From Octopus vulgaris (Eukaryota), in NCBI GenBank assembly GCA_951406725.2, contig OX597829.1, positions 35,092,001 through 35,156,000 on the forward strand: a stretch of 64,000 nucleotides of DNA, given 5' to 3'. Under the pieces are notes generated by a model. The model was not told where the DNA came from. It did not search any database and was given only the letters and a program-made list of their open reading frames with translations. Positions 40,075 to 51,958 of the stretch are shown here, piece by piece; position 1 is the first letter of the stretch; every line of letters begins with the position of its first letter. The position numbers were made by a program, and so were the translations under genes.

Positions 40075-42018
40075 CCAAGGAAGCCAAATTTTTTGTTATA
40101 CGTAATCGCTGATGCCGTCATTTCATATATTGACTTATCAGCAGAAACTGATATTCGACATATTATCCAGAAGTATTATAGAGGTAGACAAGTGAAACTC
40201 TTAAGCTAATTCCCCTGTTGCTGTTGGTTAGCATGCCAACGATATCGATGATTCACTTGTTGACTCAGTCCCTCCTTATCATCTCGGATTTCTATGAGAG
40301 GGAAGGAAGGACCATTAGAGAATCATAGCTCTATAAATTCATAAAGACAAGTTGTCAATGCTACGTCTATGGTCTTCTACACCACGAGTGTGTCAATTAC
40401 TACAGGTAAATGAAATTAACAATTTACGTATGATTCTTTATTAATTTTTACATAACTAGGTATTAAATAATTTTATAGAATGTATACTTATATTCAGTAT
40501 AAGCATACGTAGTGGTGAGGATTAAAATAATGTACACTTATTTTTAACATGCACTTGCACATTAGCATGCGAATGGCATTTGCTCTGGGATTTTGACTCG
40601 GAGAACAAATTTATGTGTAAATGTATATTATTTCCAGCATCGTTTAGGTATACAGCTTACCACCAGTTAACTCAGAAAATCAGCTAAAATGGATACTCAT
40701 CTCTCTCTAATACAGTTTAATGTCGGTTCGCTACATTTATTCGAATAAAATGAAGCTAAATAATTATAGCTATTAAAGTATAAAAGAAAATATCAAAGCA
40801 GTTTAGCAAATAAACAAAACTAAAAGCAATTTTCAGTCCGGTCTTAGAAGAACAGAAAGATAAACACAGAAAACAAAGACCGAGGTAACAGACACCCAAA
40901 AGGTAAATGGAGAAACATCAATAGAAATAATTAACATTGTAGACTAAATTGTAAACCGGATTGCAAAATGCCATGCTAAATTTATATAAACTATATAAAC
41001 AAAACGTCTTTAGAGTTAGATACAGAACCCATACAAATATCAAAAACATAAACAATGAACTTACTACAAAAAAAAAAAATGCTAAGTTTCTACAGTCCAA
41101 TGAAAGCAGTACAATAAAACCTACAGCACAAAAGTATCCAACTGTTTGCATCATAAAACAAAATACCATGACGGGGACATCATGCATAAAACGGCAATAA
41201 TACTACAGGAAAGAGAATACAGGTCTGAGACAAAACTTTAAAAAACACAAGCACAAACAAATAAAAAAATCTAAAGCAAAGATAAAGAGTATACAAGAAA
41301 TAAGTATTAAAGAACAGACAATTTCAACAACAATATACTCTCGATCTACGTATATGTGTATTAGGCGTGTATGTGGGGTAAAAATGTTGGTGTCTTATTA
41401 ACCTCACTTCGAGTTCGATTTCATAGCAGTATACACCAGGCATGTAAATGAAATCTGGTAGACGGAAACTGCGTAGAAAGTTGGCGAGTGAATTTTCAAT
41501 CAACCCACTAAATGACCACTATGGGGAATAAAATGAAAAACTCTGGAGTTGCGGAGATGTAGATGTATAAGGGAATATGGAGATGTTAGTTGCAGTGGTA
41601 ATGGGGTTGTGGAATCCTGTGTTGGTACTGGGAGAGGAGATAATGTGTTTGAACGGTGTGGCTGGCGATGTGTATGTATGCCATTTTTTTTTTATCTATT
41701 TATTAGAATTCTTCTTAGAAGGAAGGTGATAATTTTTAACAAAGACCAAAACTTCCACCATTGGAATGTGGATAACAACAGTATGTGTTACATATTGAAC
41801 ACTAGAAAAGTCTTCTCTGTCTCACTTGAGGATTAAATTTGTAAATTGCTCGCTAGAGGGTCTCTCTCGGTCCATCCAAATCTTAACCTTTCTAAATTGT
41901 CACTTAGGTACTTACTAACCATGTGTACCAATAATTATTGGTATAGACGAGAATTTGTAAACAAAGTGCAGGAGCTGAAGGTTTCTGTCTGTCTGTGTGC
42001 TGTTATGTATGTATGTCT

Positions 42019-42050
<32 letters not shown>

Positions 42051-42144
42051 TGTATGTATGTATGTATGTATGTATGTATGTATGTATGTATGTATGTATG
42101 TATGTATGTATGTATGTATGTATGTATGTATGTATGTATGTATG

Positions 42145-42175
<31 letters not shown>

Positions 42176-42448
42176 TGTATGTATGTATGTATGTATGTAT
42201 GTATGTATGTATGTATGTATGTATGCATGTATGCATGTATGTATGTATGTATGTAATGTATGTATGTATGTATGTATGTATGTATGTATGTATGTATGTA
42301 TGTATGTATGTATGTATGTATGTATGTATGTATGTATGTATGTATGCATGTATGTATGTATGCATGTATGTATGTACGTGTATATGCATGTATGTATATA
42401 TGCATGTATATATTTATGTACGTATATTATGCATGTATGTATGTATGT

Positions 42449-42968
42449 GTGCAGATTTGTATGCTTTGTTTTATGTATGTCTTCTCTTGTATGTCTTCTC
42501 TTGTATGTCTTCTCTTGTATGTATGTCTTCTCTTGATATACTTGTATATCTAGATATGCTCATATATACTTAAATGATAAACTTCTGGAAATTTTTAGTT
42601 CCATTGATGGCTTGGATCTCTGTTCTTCGAATCGGCTTTCTCCTGTCTGGTTTTGAGAATCCTAATTTATCAAGATTAGTATTTAGGCATATGCCAGTGC
42701 CCCAATAATTACAGGTATAAACTGGATAGAGTAACTGCAGATTTTTCAATAGTTCAGCATAGGTGATCTCTTTTTTACTGATATTTAGCTTTATGTTAAC
42801 ATCCGCCGAGCAGCCAATTTCCATAACTTCACAGTATCTCTTCTCTATTACAAATCATTATATCAGGTCTATTGTGCTTACATTTTATTGAGGTCTTCAT
42901 TGGGTAATTCCACCAATATTCCTTTTTATTATGAGTGGCTATAACTTCCACCATACTGTGGGTTTTAG
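42449..42968 (-). mobile_element. CATA-associated Dong-like LINE fragment embedded in (TATG)n
   Basis: ORF 42570-42824 is homologous to 36931-37326; long TATG tracts on both sides. Confidence 0.9.
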
Positions 42969-43178
42969 TTTATACGTATGCATGTATGTATGTATGTATG
43001 TATGTATGTATGTATGTATGTATGTATGTATGTATGTATGTATGTATATATGTATGTATGTATGTATGTATGAGCATGTGTGTCTGTGTGGGTGAAATAA
43101 ATGTATATGTCTACGTCATAAACGTAGGAGCTGAACTGTTGCATGCTTGAAGTATGCATATGTACGTGTGAGAGTATT

Positions 43179-44198
43179 ACTTTGATTACTTAGATAAGTT
43201 TCGGCCGGAGTTGGCCGAGGCCATGTTTAATTTGATAGCACCACATGGAAGGGATACGCAGTCAGCTCTTGGGCACCGTAGCCCATTCAAGCAGAGAGTT
43301 ATTGCTTTCAGAGACATAGCTGGTTTGTCTGGTATTTGTTGGAGGTAATCATCGAGGAAGCGTTTGAATGCCGTGAAATCACTTTCTTGTGGGCTGGTAC
43401 GATGTTGAAGGGAGCAGGGTCAGTTGAGGTGAAAGAGTTCTGTCGTAGTGTTGTGATACGATATGAACATGATTTCTGTTGTGGACGGATGGCACGGGGA
43501 TCAGGTCTTGAATGAATTTTAAAGTTGATATCTATATCATTTGGGCAATGTTGATGAATATTTTCCACATCATACAGATGATATAGCGCTCATAGCGGCG
43601 TTGGAGGGAGTAAAGCTTGAGTCTTTGAGTTGATCCTAACAGCAAAGATTGTCATGTCATTTATTTTTTTCTGATTGATCTCTAGGGAGCTTCAATTTTC
43701 ATAATATTCTGTATCGTGTGGGGGGATCACAGCGGACAGCAGTATTCAAGGAAGGTGAGGGCAAGCAAAAGTAGAGAAAAGTAGGATAATGGTTGGGGCG
43801 TCTCTAGACCGGAAAGCCCTGAGGATCCAGAAGCACGCGCTGCGGGCCATGCCACCTTTGCTGTTTATGTGAGCAATCCAGCTTAGTTTGTTGTCAACAG
43901 TAACACCCAGGTCTCTAGCAGTGTTGAATTGCTGGATGCTACGAGGGTTTCGCCCGAGGGAAGAGTGCATGATTGTTGGAATGCAGTCTCTTTACCGAAG
44001 TGGACTAACTTGAATCTGTTCTCGTTTAGCTCCATATTATGTTTCTCCGCCCATGAAAGATTTGTCTGGTCTTCTACCTTGTCAACAACCTTCAGAACCT
44101 TAGAGTCATCCGCGAAAATATATATGCTATTGTGTCACAACGTCAGTGATGTCGTTAATATAAATTATGAAAAAGAGCGGGCCCAATACAGTACCTCC
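43179..44198 (-). mobile_element. CR1-like LINE, 5' truncated, with 3' end
   Basis: GTVLGPLFFIIYIND, FADDSK, RDLGVTVDNKLSW..WILRAFRSRD, LYSLQRRYERYII..WKI; 3' stem-loop and (AAGTAATC)-like tail. Confidence 0.92.
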
Positions 44199-44451
44199 AC
44201 TTATAATCCTGGCTGAGTGAATTGTATGAACATAATTTATCTTTTATTAAACTTTTAAAAATTTTGATATATATTTAAAATAAAATAAATTAATTAATTT
44301 TATGTATTGGCTTATGTTTTCATTGTTTGATTTGCCTAATAGTGGTTATCTCTAATATAATATAATATAATATAATATAATATAATATATTTATACTATA
44401 AAATTGGATTTAATCCTAAATCTGATTTTTTCCTGTAAGTTTGGATTTATT

Positions 44452-44513
<62 letters not shown>

Positions 44514-44596
44514 AAGTGAAGTTGTAAGATACCGCACGAGTGGAAATATATATGAAAGAAGGTTTCAAAATGCAATTTTAAAAGGTGTTTATTCAC

Positions 44597-44974
44597 TTAC
44601 ATCAACCCCTGTGCGCAACTCGTACTTAATTTATCGACCTCGAAAAGATGAAAGGCAAAGTCGACCTCGGCGGAATTTGAACTCACAACGTTGCGACAGG
44701 TGAAATACCACTAAGCATTTCGCCTGGCGTGCTAACGATTCTGCCAGCTCGTCGCCTTTAACGGCAGACGAAATACCTATTTCTTTACTACCCACAAGGG
44801 GCTACACACAGAGGGGACAAACGGATTAAGTCGATTATATTGACCCCAGTGCATAACTGGTACTTATTCAATCGACCCCGAAAGGATGAAAGGCAAAGTC
44901 GACCTCGGCGGAATTTGAAATCAGAACGTAGCGGCAGACGAAATACCGCTTAGCATTTCGCCGGGCGTGCTAAC
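44597..44974 (-). mobile_element. Two adjacent SINE family A copies
   Basis: Copies at 44597-44757 and 44759-44974; the latter ends in the tail plus 19 nt of internal SINE sequence. Confidence 0.92.
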
Positions 44975-45114
44975 TATTCTATCCTATTACCCTGTCACTC
45001 TGTCTTCCTCACTCCTTCCTTGCTCATGTGGCTCCCACGTGAGCATCGGCCATTTTTCTTCTCCTAACTTGTTTCTTTCTTTCTCTCCTTTGTAGCTGGA
45101 ACAAGGAAGACATC

Positions 45115-45234
<120 letters not shown>

Positions 45235-45245
45235 CATCTTGATGT

Positions 45246-45434
45246 TAATCGCCACATCAAAGTAGCTGTTTCGTGTTACTACTAGTTTTACTCCAGGCAG
45301 ATCTTCCGCCAGCTGGTTATCGGTGCAGCCTATATATGTACAAGATGCAGGCTGCACCGATAACCAACCGGCGGGTGATTTGCCTTGGGTTAAACTAGTA
45401 GTGCCATGGAACAGCCACTTTGATGTGGCGATTA
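45246..45434. mobile_element. MITE-like hairpin element
   Basis: 86-bp inverted arms (45246-45331 / 45349-45434), 13 differences, 17-nt loop, TA at both ends. Confidence 0.85.
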
Positions 45435-45488
45435 GTTTAGTTACTATTCTGATCTCTTCTTGAGATTTTACAACTAGCTACTTAGCTT

Positions 45489-45551
<63 letters not shown>

Positions 45552-45614
45552 TTATGTGACCGTTGGCGATTTTTTTCCTCTGTCTTCTTTTCTCTGGATC
45601 TTCCCTTTTCCTAT

Positions 45615-45649
45615 GTTTCTGACGAAGAGCTCCGCTCGAAACGTTAAAC
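45615..45649 (+). ncRNA. Intact minimal type I hammerhead ribozyme
   Basis: GTTT-CTGACGA-A-GAGC tcc GCTC-GAAA-CG-TT-AAAC: stems I and II perfect, palindromic stem III, GUU site. Lies within a 200-bp element (45556-45752) between (TA)n tracts. Confidence 0.85.
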
Positions 45650-45888
45650 CCACCTTCTTTCCTTCTTTCCTGAGCATCCAATAACTTTATACTTGTTCCA
45701 CGTCCTCGCGTTGTTGTGTTTTCTCTTTGTATTTTCATGTTTGGATTAACTATATATGTATATATATATATAAACGCATACATATAAATATATATATATA
45801 TATGTAGGTCCCGGGTTGAGTCGGGGTAAACCACAGTAAATAAGGTACTCAATACATAGCAGAGTAAAGTAATTTATTTTATAGAAGG

Positions 45889-45939
45889 AGCTTTTACAGG
45901 ACTAGAACTGTTTCATTCAGATGAACTCTTCAGGAAGCT
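45889..45939 (-). ncRNA. Type I hammerhead ribozyme with closed stem III
   Basis: AGCTTC-CTGAAGA-GTTC atct GAAT-GAAA-CAG ttctagtc CTG-TA-AAAGCT; GUA site, one stem I mismatch. Confidence 0.85.
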
Positions 45940-46051
45940 GGCTGTCAAAATCCTGTAGAAGCTCCTTCTATAAAATAAATATATATATATATGTATATAT
46001 ATATACATACGTATAGATACACACACATATATATGTATGTGTGTGTGAGTG

Positions 46052-46092
<41 letters not shown>

Positions 46093-46377
46093 TTGTCTGA
46101 ATGCTGATTTATGCAATGTTCCCTTAAATGATCATGATACACACATAGTAACCATTTGTCAGATGAACATTTCTACTTTTAAGCATTGTTACACACTACT
46201 CATAAACCTTATTCACAAACGTACAAGAACCTATTTCATTACGCAATTTTTTTATATTGTTCACTCCTGTGTATTAATGAAGCCTATCTTTTACAGCACT
46301 TCTTCATGTCAATGCATTAGTGTATTATATCTTTACCTCAACACATCTTATTGTTTTCTTCCTTCTTTCTATTTTCT

Positions 46378-46412
46378 TGTTTTGATGAAAGGCTATTGTC
46401 CGAAATGTCGAA
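46378..46412 (+). ncRNA. Degenerate hammerhead-like motif
   Basis: TTGATGA-aaGG ctattgt CC-GAAA-tg-TC in pyrimidine-rich flanks. Confidence 0.45.
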
Positions 46413-47579
46413 TTGGCTTCCTTTCCTTCGCATTGTAAAATACATTAACTTAACACCTTTTCACTGTTCTTATTGTTATTTTAATGTAATGTTGTTTTGG
46501 TCTTGCTCTTTCTCACATCTTAATTAGCTACATTGATCCCAATGCACACATATTCTATTTAATCATCTTTTAATATTACAACACAACTTACACGATCATA
46601 TTTTATACAATCCACACCAAATACTATAACATAACATGCATAATACATATTCTACATAATCCACAGAGCACATTCTATTCAGTCACCTTCCATTTCTATA
46701 TACAAGCCACCATACTATCTTCTACACAACACATCCCACTACATATCGCAAACACATTTTAACATTCAACTCAAATATTTTAACTTACGCATAGCATATA
46801 CTACAAAACCACTTCTGAACATGTAACAAACCTCATTTCCAATATATGTTACAATTCACAATACTTTACAAGACATAATACATTGCACACACCAGATCCT
46901 TATTTTAAAACCTTTGCGAAAGAGTAAAGAAAATAATAAAAAGAAAACAGCATAGAAATGACAAAAAAAAAAAAAACACATCTCACAATACAACAAAATC
47001 GACATAGCATGCAATCACCTTAAAGAGAATACAGCAAACACCTCAGCAAGGCAGAGGTGCATCTAGAGAAGCATGAAAAACTTGTATGAAACTGTTGAAA
47101 ACAATGATAATGATAACACTAAAATAGCAACAGCAATATCAACAACAAAAATCAATAGCATTTTAGCTGCTGTCAGCCTTTCGGTATTAGTTGCGACGTT
47201 GTATCTTGCTCCAGCACGTGCCGTCTGAAATGTCATTTGACGAGGTGTTAGATGGTTCTTTTGTCGTTATTTTTTCTGTAATTGAACTTTAAATCAATGC
47301 TGATCCACGCTGACCTTCTTGTATAAAACTCGCAGAAGAGTTGGATAAATTTTGAAATATTTTTTTCCAAACTTACTTTTGTGTAACGCGTTTTTTCTGG
47401 TTGTTCAAAGTGTGTACTAGCAAGTGCAGTGCTGGCACGTGCGTTTGTGTCAGCGTATGTATGTGTCCATGGAAGTTCTCGCTACTTCAGACGAACGATT
47501 GTTGTTTGTGATGTTTAGGAAAAATAACAGCGTCAGCACTGCCATCAATAACATCGAATATAACAAAAAGTATTCGTCT

Positions 47580-47604
47580 ACAGCTACTATTGCTGCTGCT
47601 GCTG

Positions 47605-47660
<56 letters not shown>

Positions 47661-47713
47661 GACACGGCTGCTGCTACTACAGCTACTACTACTGCTTGCA
47701 TTTGTTTTTATTG

Positions 47714-47765
<52 letters not shown>

Positions 47766-47845
47766 GACACGGCTACTACTACTACTACTACTGACACGGC
47801 TGCTGCTACTACAGCTACTACTACTGCTTGCATTTGTTTTTATTG

Positions 47846-47896
<51 letters not shown>

Positions 47897-47912
47897 CACT
47901 ACTACTACTACT
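47580..47912. repeat. (CTA)n/(CTG)n compound repeat with a duplicated interrupting block
   Basis: Block GACACGGCTGCTGCTACTACAGC..TTGCATTTGTTTTTATTG occurs twice. Confidence 0.95.
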
Positions 47913-47949
47913 TCTTTTCCTCCCCTTCTCTTCTTCCAACACTACCAAC

Positions 47950-48303
47950 ATCGCAAATCTGTGACACGGGGAGATATTGATAAATCGGGCATAGCTGATC
48001 ATGTATGGAAAAATGGAGACCGCCTCTCCCTGTGGGATGAAGTTAAAATAATAGACAGAGAACACCACTGGAAAATACGAAAACTAAAAGAAGCAGCACA
48101 TATGCTAGGACACAGTAACCTCCTAAGCAGACTGAGTGCAGATATGAGCAGCATATGGGAACTGGTATTAAAGAAGGATAGAAAAATATTAGATTTGTAA
48201 GCCCTAAAATTCACTCCATAATTGCCCATGGGTGTATGACGTAGGGTTAAGAGCGCGAGTTCGATTCCAAGCAGTCACCTGAGTAATAATAATAATAATA
48301 ATG

Positions 48304-48344
<41 letters not shown>

Positions 48345-48512
48345 CGAAAAATATTTTAGGAATGAGAACCCAGGTTCGAAATTTCCCCAAGACACTCGAA
48401 GAAGACACCTGGAGGGTATTTTAGCCGAAACGTTGTGTTAACAACAAACAAGATGAGGACAAATATCCGTCAAATGTAAATAATGTAAATAATGTACACA
48501 ATTCCTCATCTC
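47950..48512 (+). mobile_element. Penelope-like element 3' fragment (GIY-YIG C-terminus and pLTR)
   Basis: KSGIADHVW..WDEVKIIDREHHWKIRKLKEAAHM, followed by a degenerate hammerhead (acac..cgaaga..GAAACGTTGTGT, 48392-48438). Confidence 0.88.
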
Positions 48513-48625
48513 GTCTCTATAGAACTGAATTGTGGATTTGTTTGTGTCTGCTGTGGCTATGGTTATGTCGTGATTGTCTTTTTATACTGCCTTTGTTGCC
48601 TTCCTCCTCGCAAGATGATATTTCC

Positions 48626-49027
48626 GGCGAGCTGGCAGAAACGTTAGCACGCCGGGCGAAATGCGTAGCCGTATTTTGTCTGCCGTTACGTTCTGAGTTC
48701 AAAGTCCGCCGAGGTCGACTTTGCCTTTCATCCTTTCCGGGTCGATTAAATAAGTACCAGTTACGCACTGGAGTCGATATAATCGACTTTACCCGTTTGT
48801 TTGTCTGTCCTTGTTTGTCCTCTCTGTGTTTAGCCCCTTTTGGGTAGTAAAGAAATAGGTATTTCGTCTGTCGTTACGTTCTGAGTTAAATTCCACCGAG
48901 GTCGACTTTGCCTTTCATCCTTTCGGGGTCGATTAAATTAGGTACCAGTTACACACTGGGGTCGATGTAATCGACGTAATCCATTTGTCTGTCCTTGTTT
49001 GTCCTCTCTGTGGGTAGTAAAGAAATA
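48626..49027 (+). mobile_element. SINE family A tandem dimer with a single TSD
   Basis: Full unit 48626-48857 plus headless unit 48858-49027, flanked by GATATTTCC at 48617-48625 and 49028-49036. Confidence 0.93.
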
Positions 49028-49460
49028 GATATTTCCACATCTGAAAGATCCGATGCAGATGAAATGTGTTCTTGTGTGTGTTTGTGTTTGAACGAGGCAG
49101 TAGAAAGGAAGAGCAAGGTAACTGCTACTATTGTTGATGTCATTGCTGTATGCTGTTGTTGATGTAGGGGCTCTGGTAGCGAGTGTAGTGGTTTTTCTAG
49201 AGAGCAGAAAGCTTTTAAGTGCCTCTCTTGTTGTTTCTGTTACTGTTGCTATTTTTTGTTACACTCGTTATGATTGTTGTTATTATTGTCCTTGTTGTTT
49301 TGTTCTCGTATTCGTCTGAATTCTTCCCCTTCGCTGCTGCTCATATCCAGGCCCGCCACCTTACCTTTTATGTAAGATTGTTTGTATTGTGAGATTCAGG
49401 CCATTCCGAAATAACACCAATCTTAGTCTACTTCAAGATATGTACACTTCGTCTCCCTCC

Positions 49461-49516
49461 GGCGGTGCGCCAACATGACCGCAGCTCTCGAGCTGAAACT
49501 AAAAAAGAAATAAAAA
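49461..49516 (+). mobile_element. CR1-like LINE / SINE B-type 3' tail
   Basis: GGCGGTGCGCCAACATGACCG-CAGCTC tc GAGCTG-AAAC then an A-rich tail; a similar tail lies at about 20086-20139 (-). Confidence 0.7.
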
Positions 49517-49944
49517 TTGAAAGCTTGTAGACTGAAAATTTTCGCGTTGGCGACCATATCTTTATCTACTGCGGAGGTTATTTCCATTTCTTTCTTTGAC
49601 TATGTATAAGTGTCTCGTTCTACAGGAGATAAGGACTGCTGTGCTGATGGCGCTTATTGAGGTAGAAAAAAACGGATCCTTAGCTATCCTCTTGTGTCCA
49701 GACAATCAAAGCCTCTTCTTAATGTCATGTCAATTTTGGAGTATTCTTGATTCTTGAAGTTAAGCCCTTTCTCATTTGGATTGGGTTCAAATTGTCTCTA
49801 ATTGTTCTATCTTCTCTGAAGGTAGTTTCAATTATTGAAAAAAAGTATCTTGTATGTTATTTAATATATTATTATTTACCTTGTACAAATATGTCAATGG
49901 TCACCCTGAGTTACTTCTCTTAGATATTATATATATATATATAT

Positions 49945-50135
49945 ATATATAGAAAATAATAAAAAGTGAAAAAACTACAGAAGGCTTGTTTTAAAAGGTT
50001 AAAGAATATATATTTAAATCAATATGTCTGAAGAATATTATAAATTTTTTTCTTACAATGACATAGTTTAGAAGAAAGACCGGTTTTAAAACAAGCCTTC
50101 TGTAGTTTTTTCACTTTTTACTATTTTCTATATAT
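49945..50135. repeat. Fold-back element, 52-bp inverted arms
   Basis: 49945-49996 / 50084-50135, one mismatch; the loop holds tatgt-CTGAAGA...acata. Confidence 0.9.
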
Positions 50136-50163
50136 TCAACCACGTGCTTTCACAAACCAACTT

Positions 50164-50239
<76 letters not shown>

Positions 50240-51753
50240 TATGTATATATACATACATATATATATGGGAGTGCGTGTTAATATGTATGTTTATATACAG
50301 TTTGTCCGATACGTAGATACGTAATGTGCAGCGCAAATAAATGATTATATAAAAGGAAATTGATAGCGTGTGTGCATATATATATATATATATGTCACAT
50401 ACGCATACACACCTGACATATATATGTGCATGTATGTGTGTGAGCATGTGTGTATGTGAATACGTGTTTGAGAATTTTTATGGTTATCGTTTTATGGTTT
50501 TATTGCTTTTTCCGTCACCTTTATATCCATCACCATCATGTCTTTAACCTCCATCACCCCCACCATCATTACCAAAATCCCCATCACTTTCTTCTTGCCT
50601 TGACGCGATTACCTATCCATGTCTTCACAATTATCCATCCACTACCTACTCTCAGACATTAGTCCAACTCCAGCCGTCTACATTATCACCACCTTCACAA
50701 CCATCTTTCACATCCCAGTACAGTTACACTACCTCTATCACCATCATACTCGCGTCAATATAGTCTATTTTACCTATCAATCATTATCACCATCATCATC
50801 ATCACCGTTGACGTCGCCATCTTGTGTTTTCATCATCGTTGTCGTCGTCCTCCTCCTCCTCCTCATCATCATCATTTCATCTCCAAACTACCACTGCTAT
50901 GGTCATCCTTCTGCTCTATGTATATCAGCCTTGCTACCTAGATTTTCTATATAGCTAGCTATGGTCACAATCTCCATGCAATCCCTGGAGAGCTGTCGGA
51001 CAAAACAGAAGAGGGAGAGAGAGAGAGAAGAGGGGGGGGGGGGGGAAGAAAAAGGAAGAGAGAAATAGAAAGAGAAGAGAAAATAAGAACTAAAGAGTTA
51101 AATTTTCCAAGAGTAGCGTTCACAGGCAAAAGAAACAAAACAAACAAAAAGCTGACATATACTTAAAAACGAGAACCCGTCGACGATATATGTGTATGCT
51201 TGTGTGTGTGTGTGTGTGTTTGTGCATGAGTTTGTGTGTGCTTGTGTGTGTGTGTATCTGTGTGTATATGAGTGTGCACGCGCGAATGTGTGAATGTGTG
51301 TATGTGTGGTTGTGTGTATATGTGTGTGTGTATATGTGTGCGTATGTGTTTGTGTGTGTCTATACCAAACACATATTAGAATTCCTTTCAGTACCTACAT
51401 CAATTAAAAGGTTTATTTCAAGCCTATCTAAATATATTTAAGCTATGAAAGCTTAAAATATTCCTCTAAAACGCACAAGAACATGCAAACACAGTTACAA
51501 GAGAGATTCACCGCAGTGTCTGTTATGTCAGAGCGTATTTTTTCAATCTTGCAAAATAAATTTGTCTTGAGTAAAAAAAATCTGAAATACTGAATGCTTG
51601 CAGACATGAATCGAGGCCTACTGCTTAATCACTTTTTGCAAATTGTCCAACAGAAATGTATTCGACCTTAACCACTTAATAATGTTTTGAGTATTTTTAT
51701 CTCTGGTCATATTTCAATATTTCCTGTGTGTATATGCTGTTACATACATACAT

Positions 51754-51958
51754 GATGGCTGCCCCCTCGTTATCGAGTATGGCCATTGCACGAAGCTTAA
51801 CTGTTACTGGTGCTGTGATCGAATGTGGCTTTTTGGCCCAGCTAAAGGTCTACAATGTCTTGTACAGAATTGGCAGCTAAAACATTTACCGGTAATAGCC
51901 GGCTGTAGTTGTAACTGGGCTTCATGTACCTTTGCATGTCGTTCAGGTCCTCCTGCCG
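51754..51958 (-). mobile_element. RTE LINE 3' end with C2H2 finger
   Basis: FSCQFCTRHCRPLAGPKSHIRSQH followed by a short 3' UTR. Confidence 0.75.

Noticed and set aside
47424-48200. 258-aa ORF as a host gene
   Set aside because: A chance fusion of (CTA)n poly-Thr with a Penelope GIY-YIG C-terminal fragment; non-ATG start.
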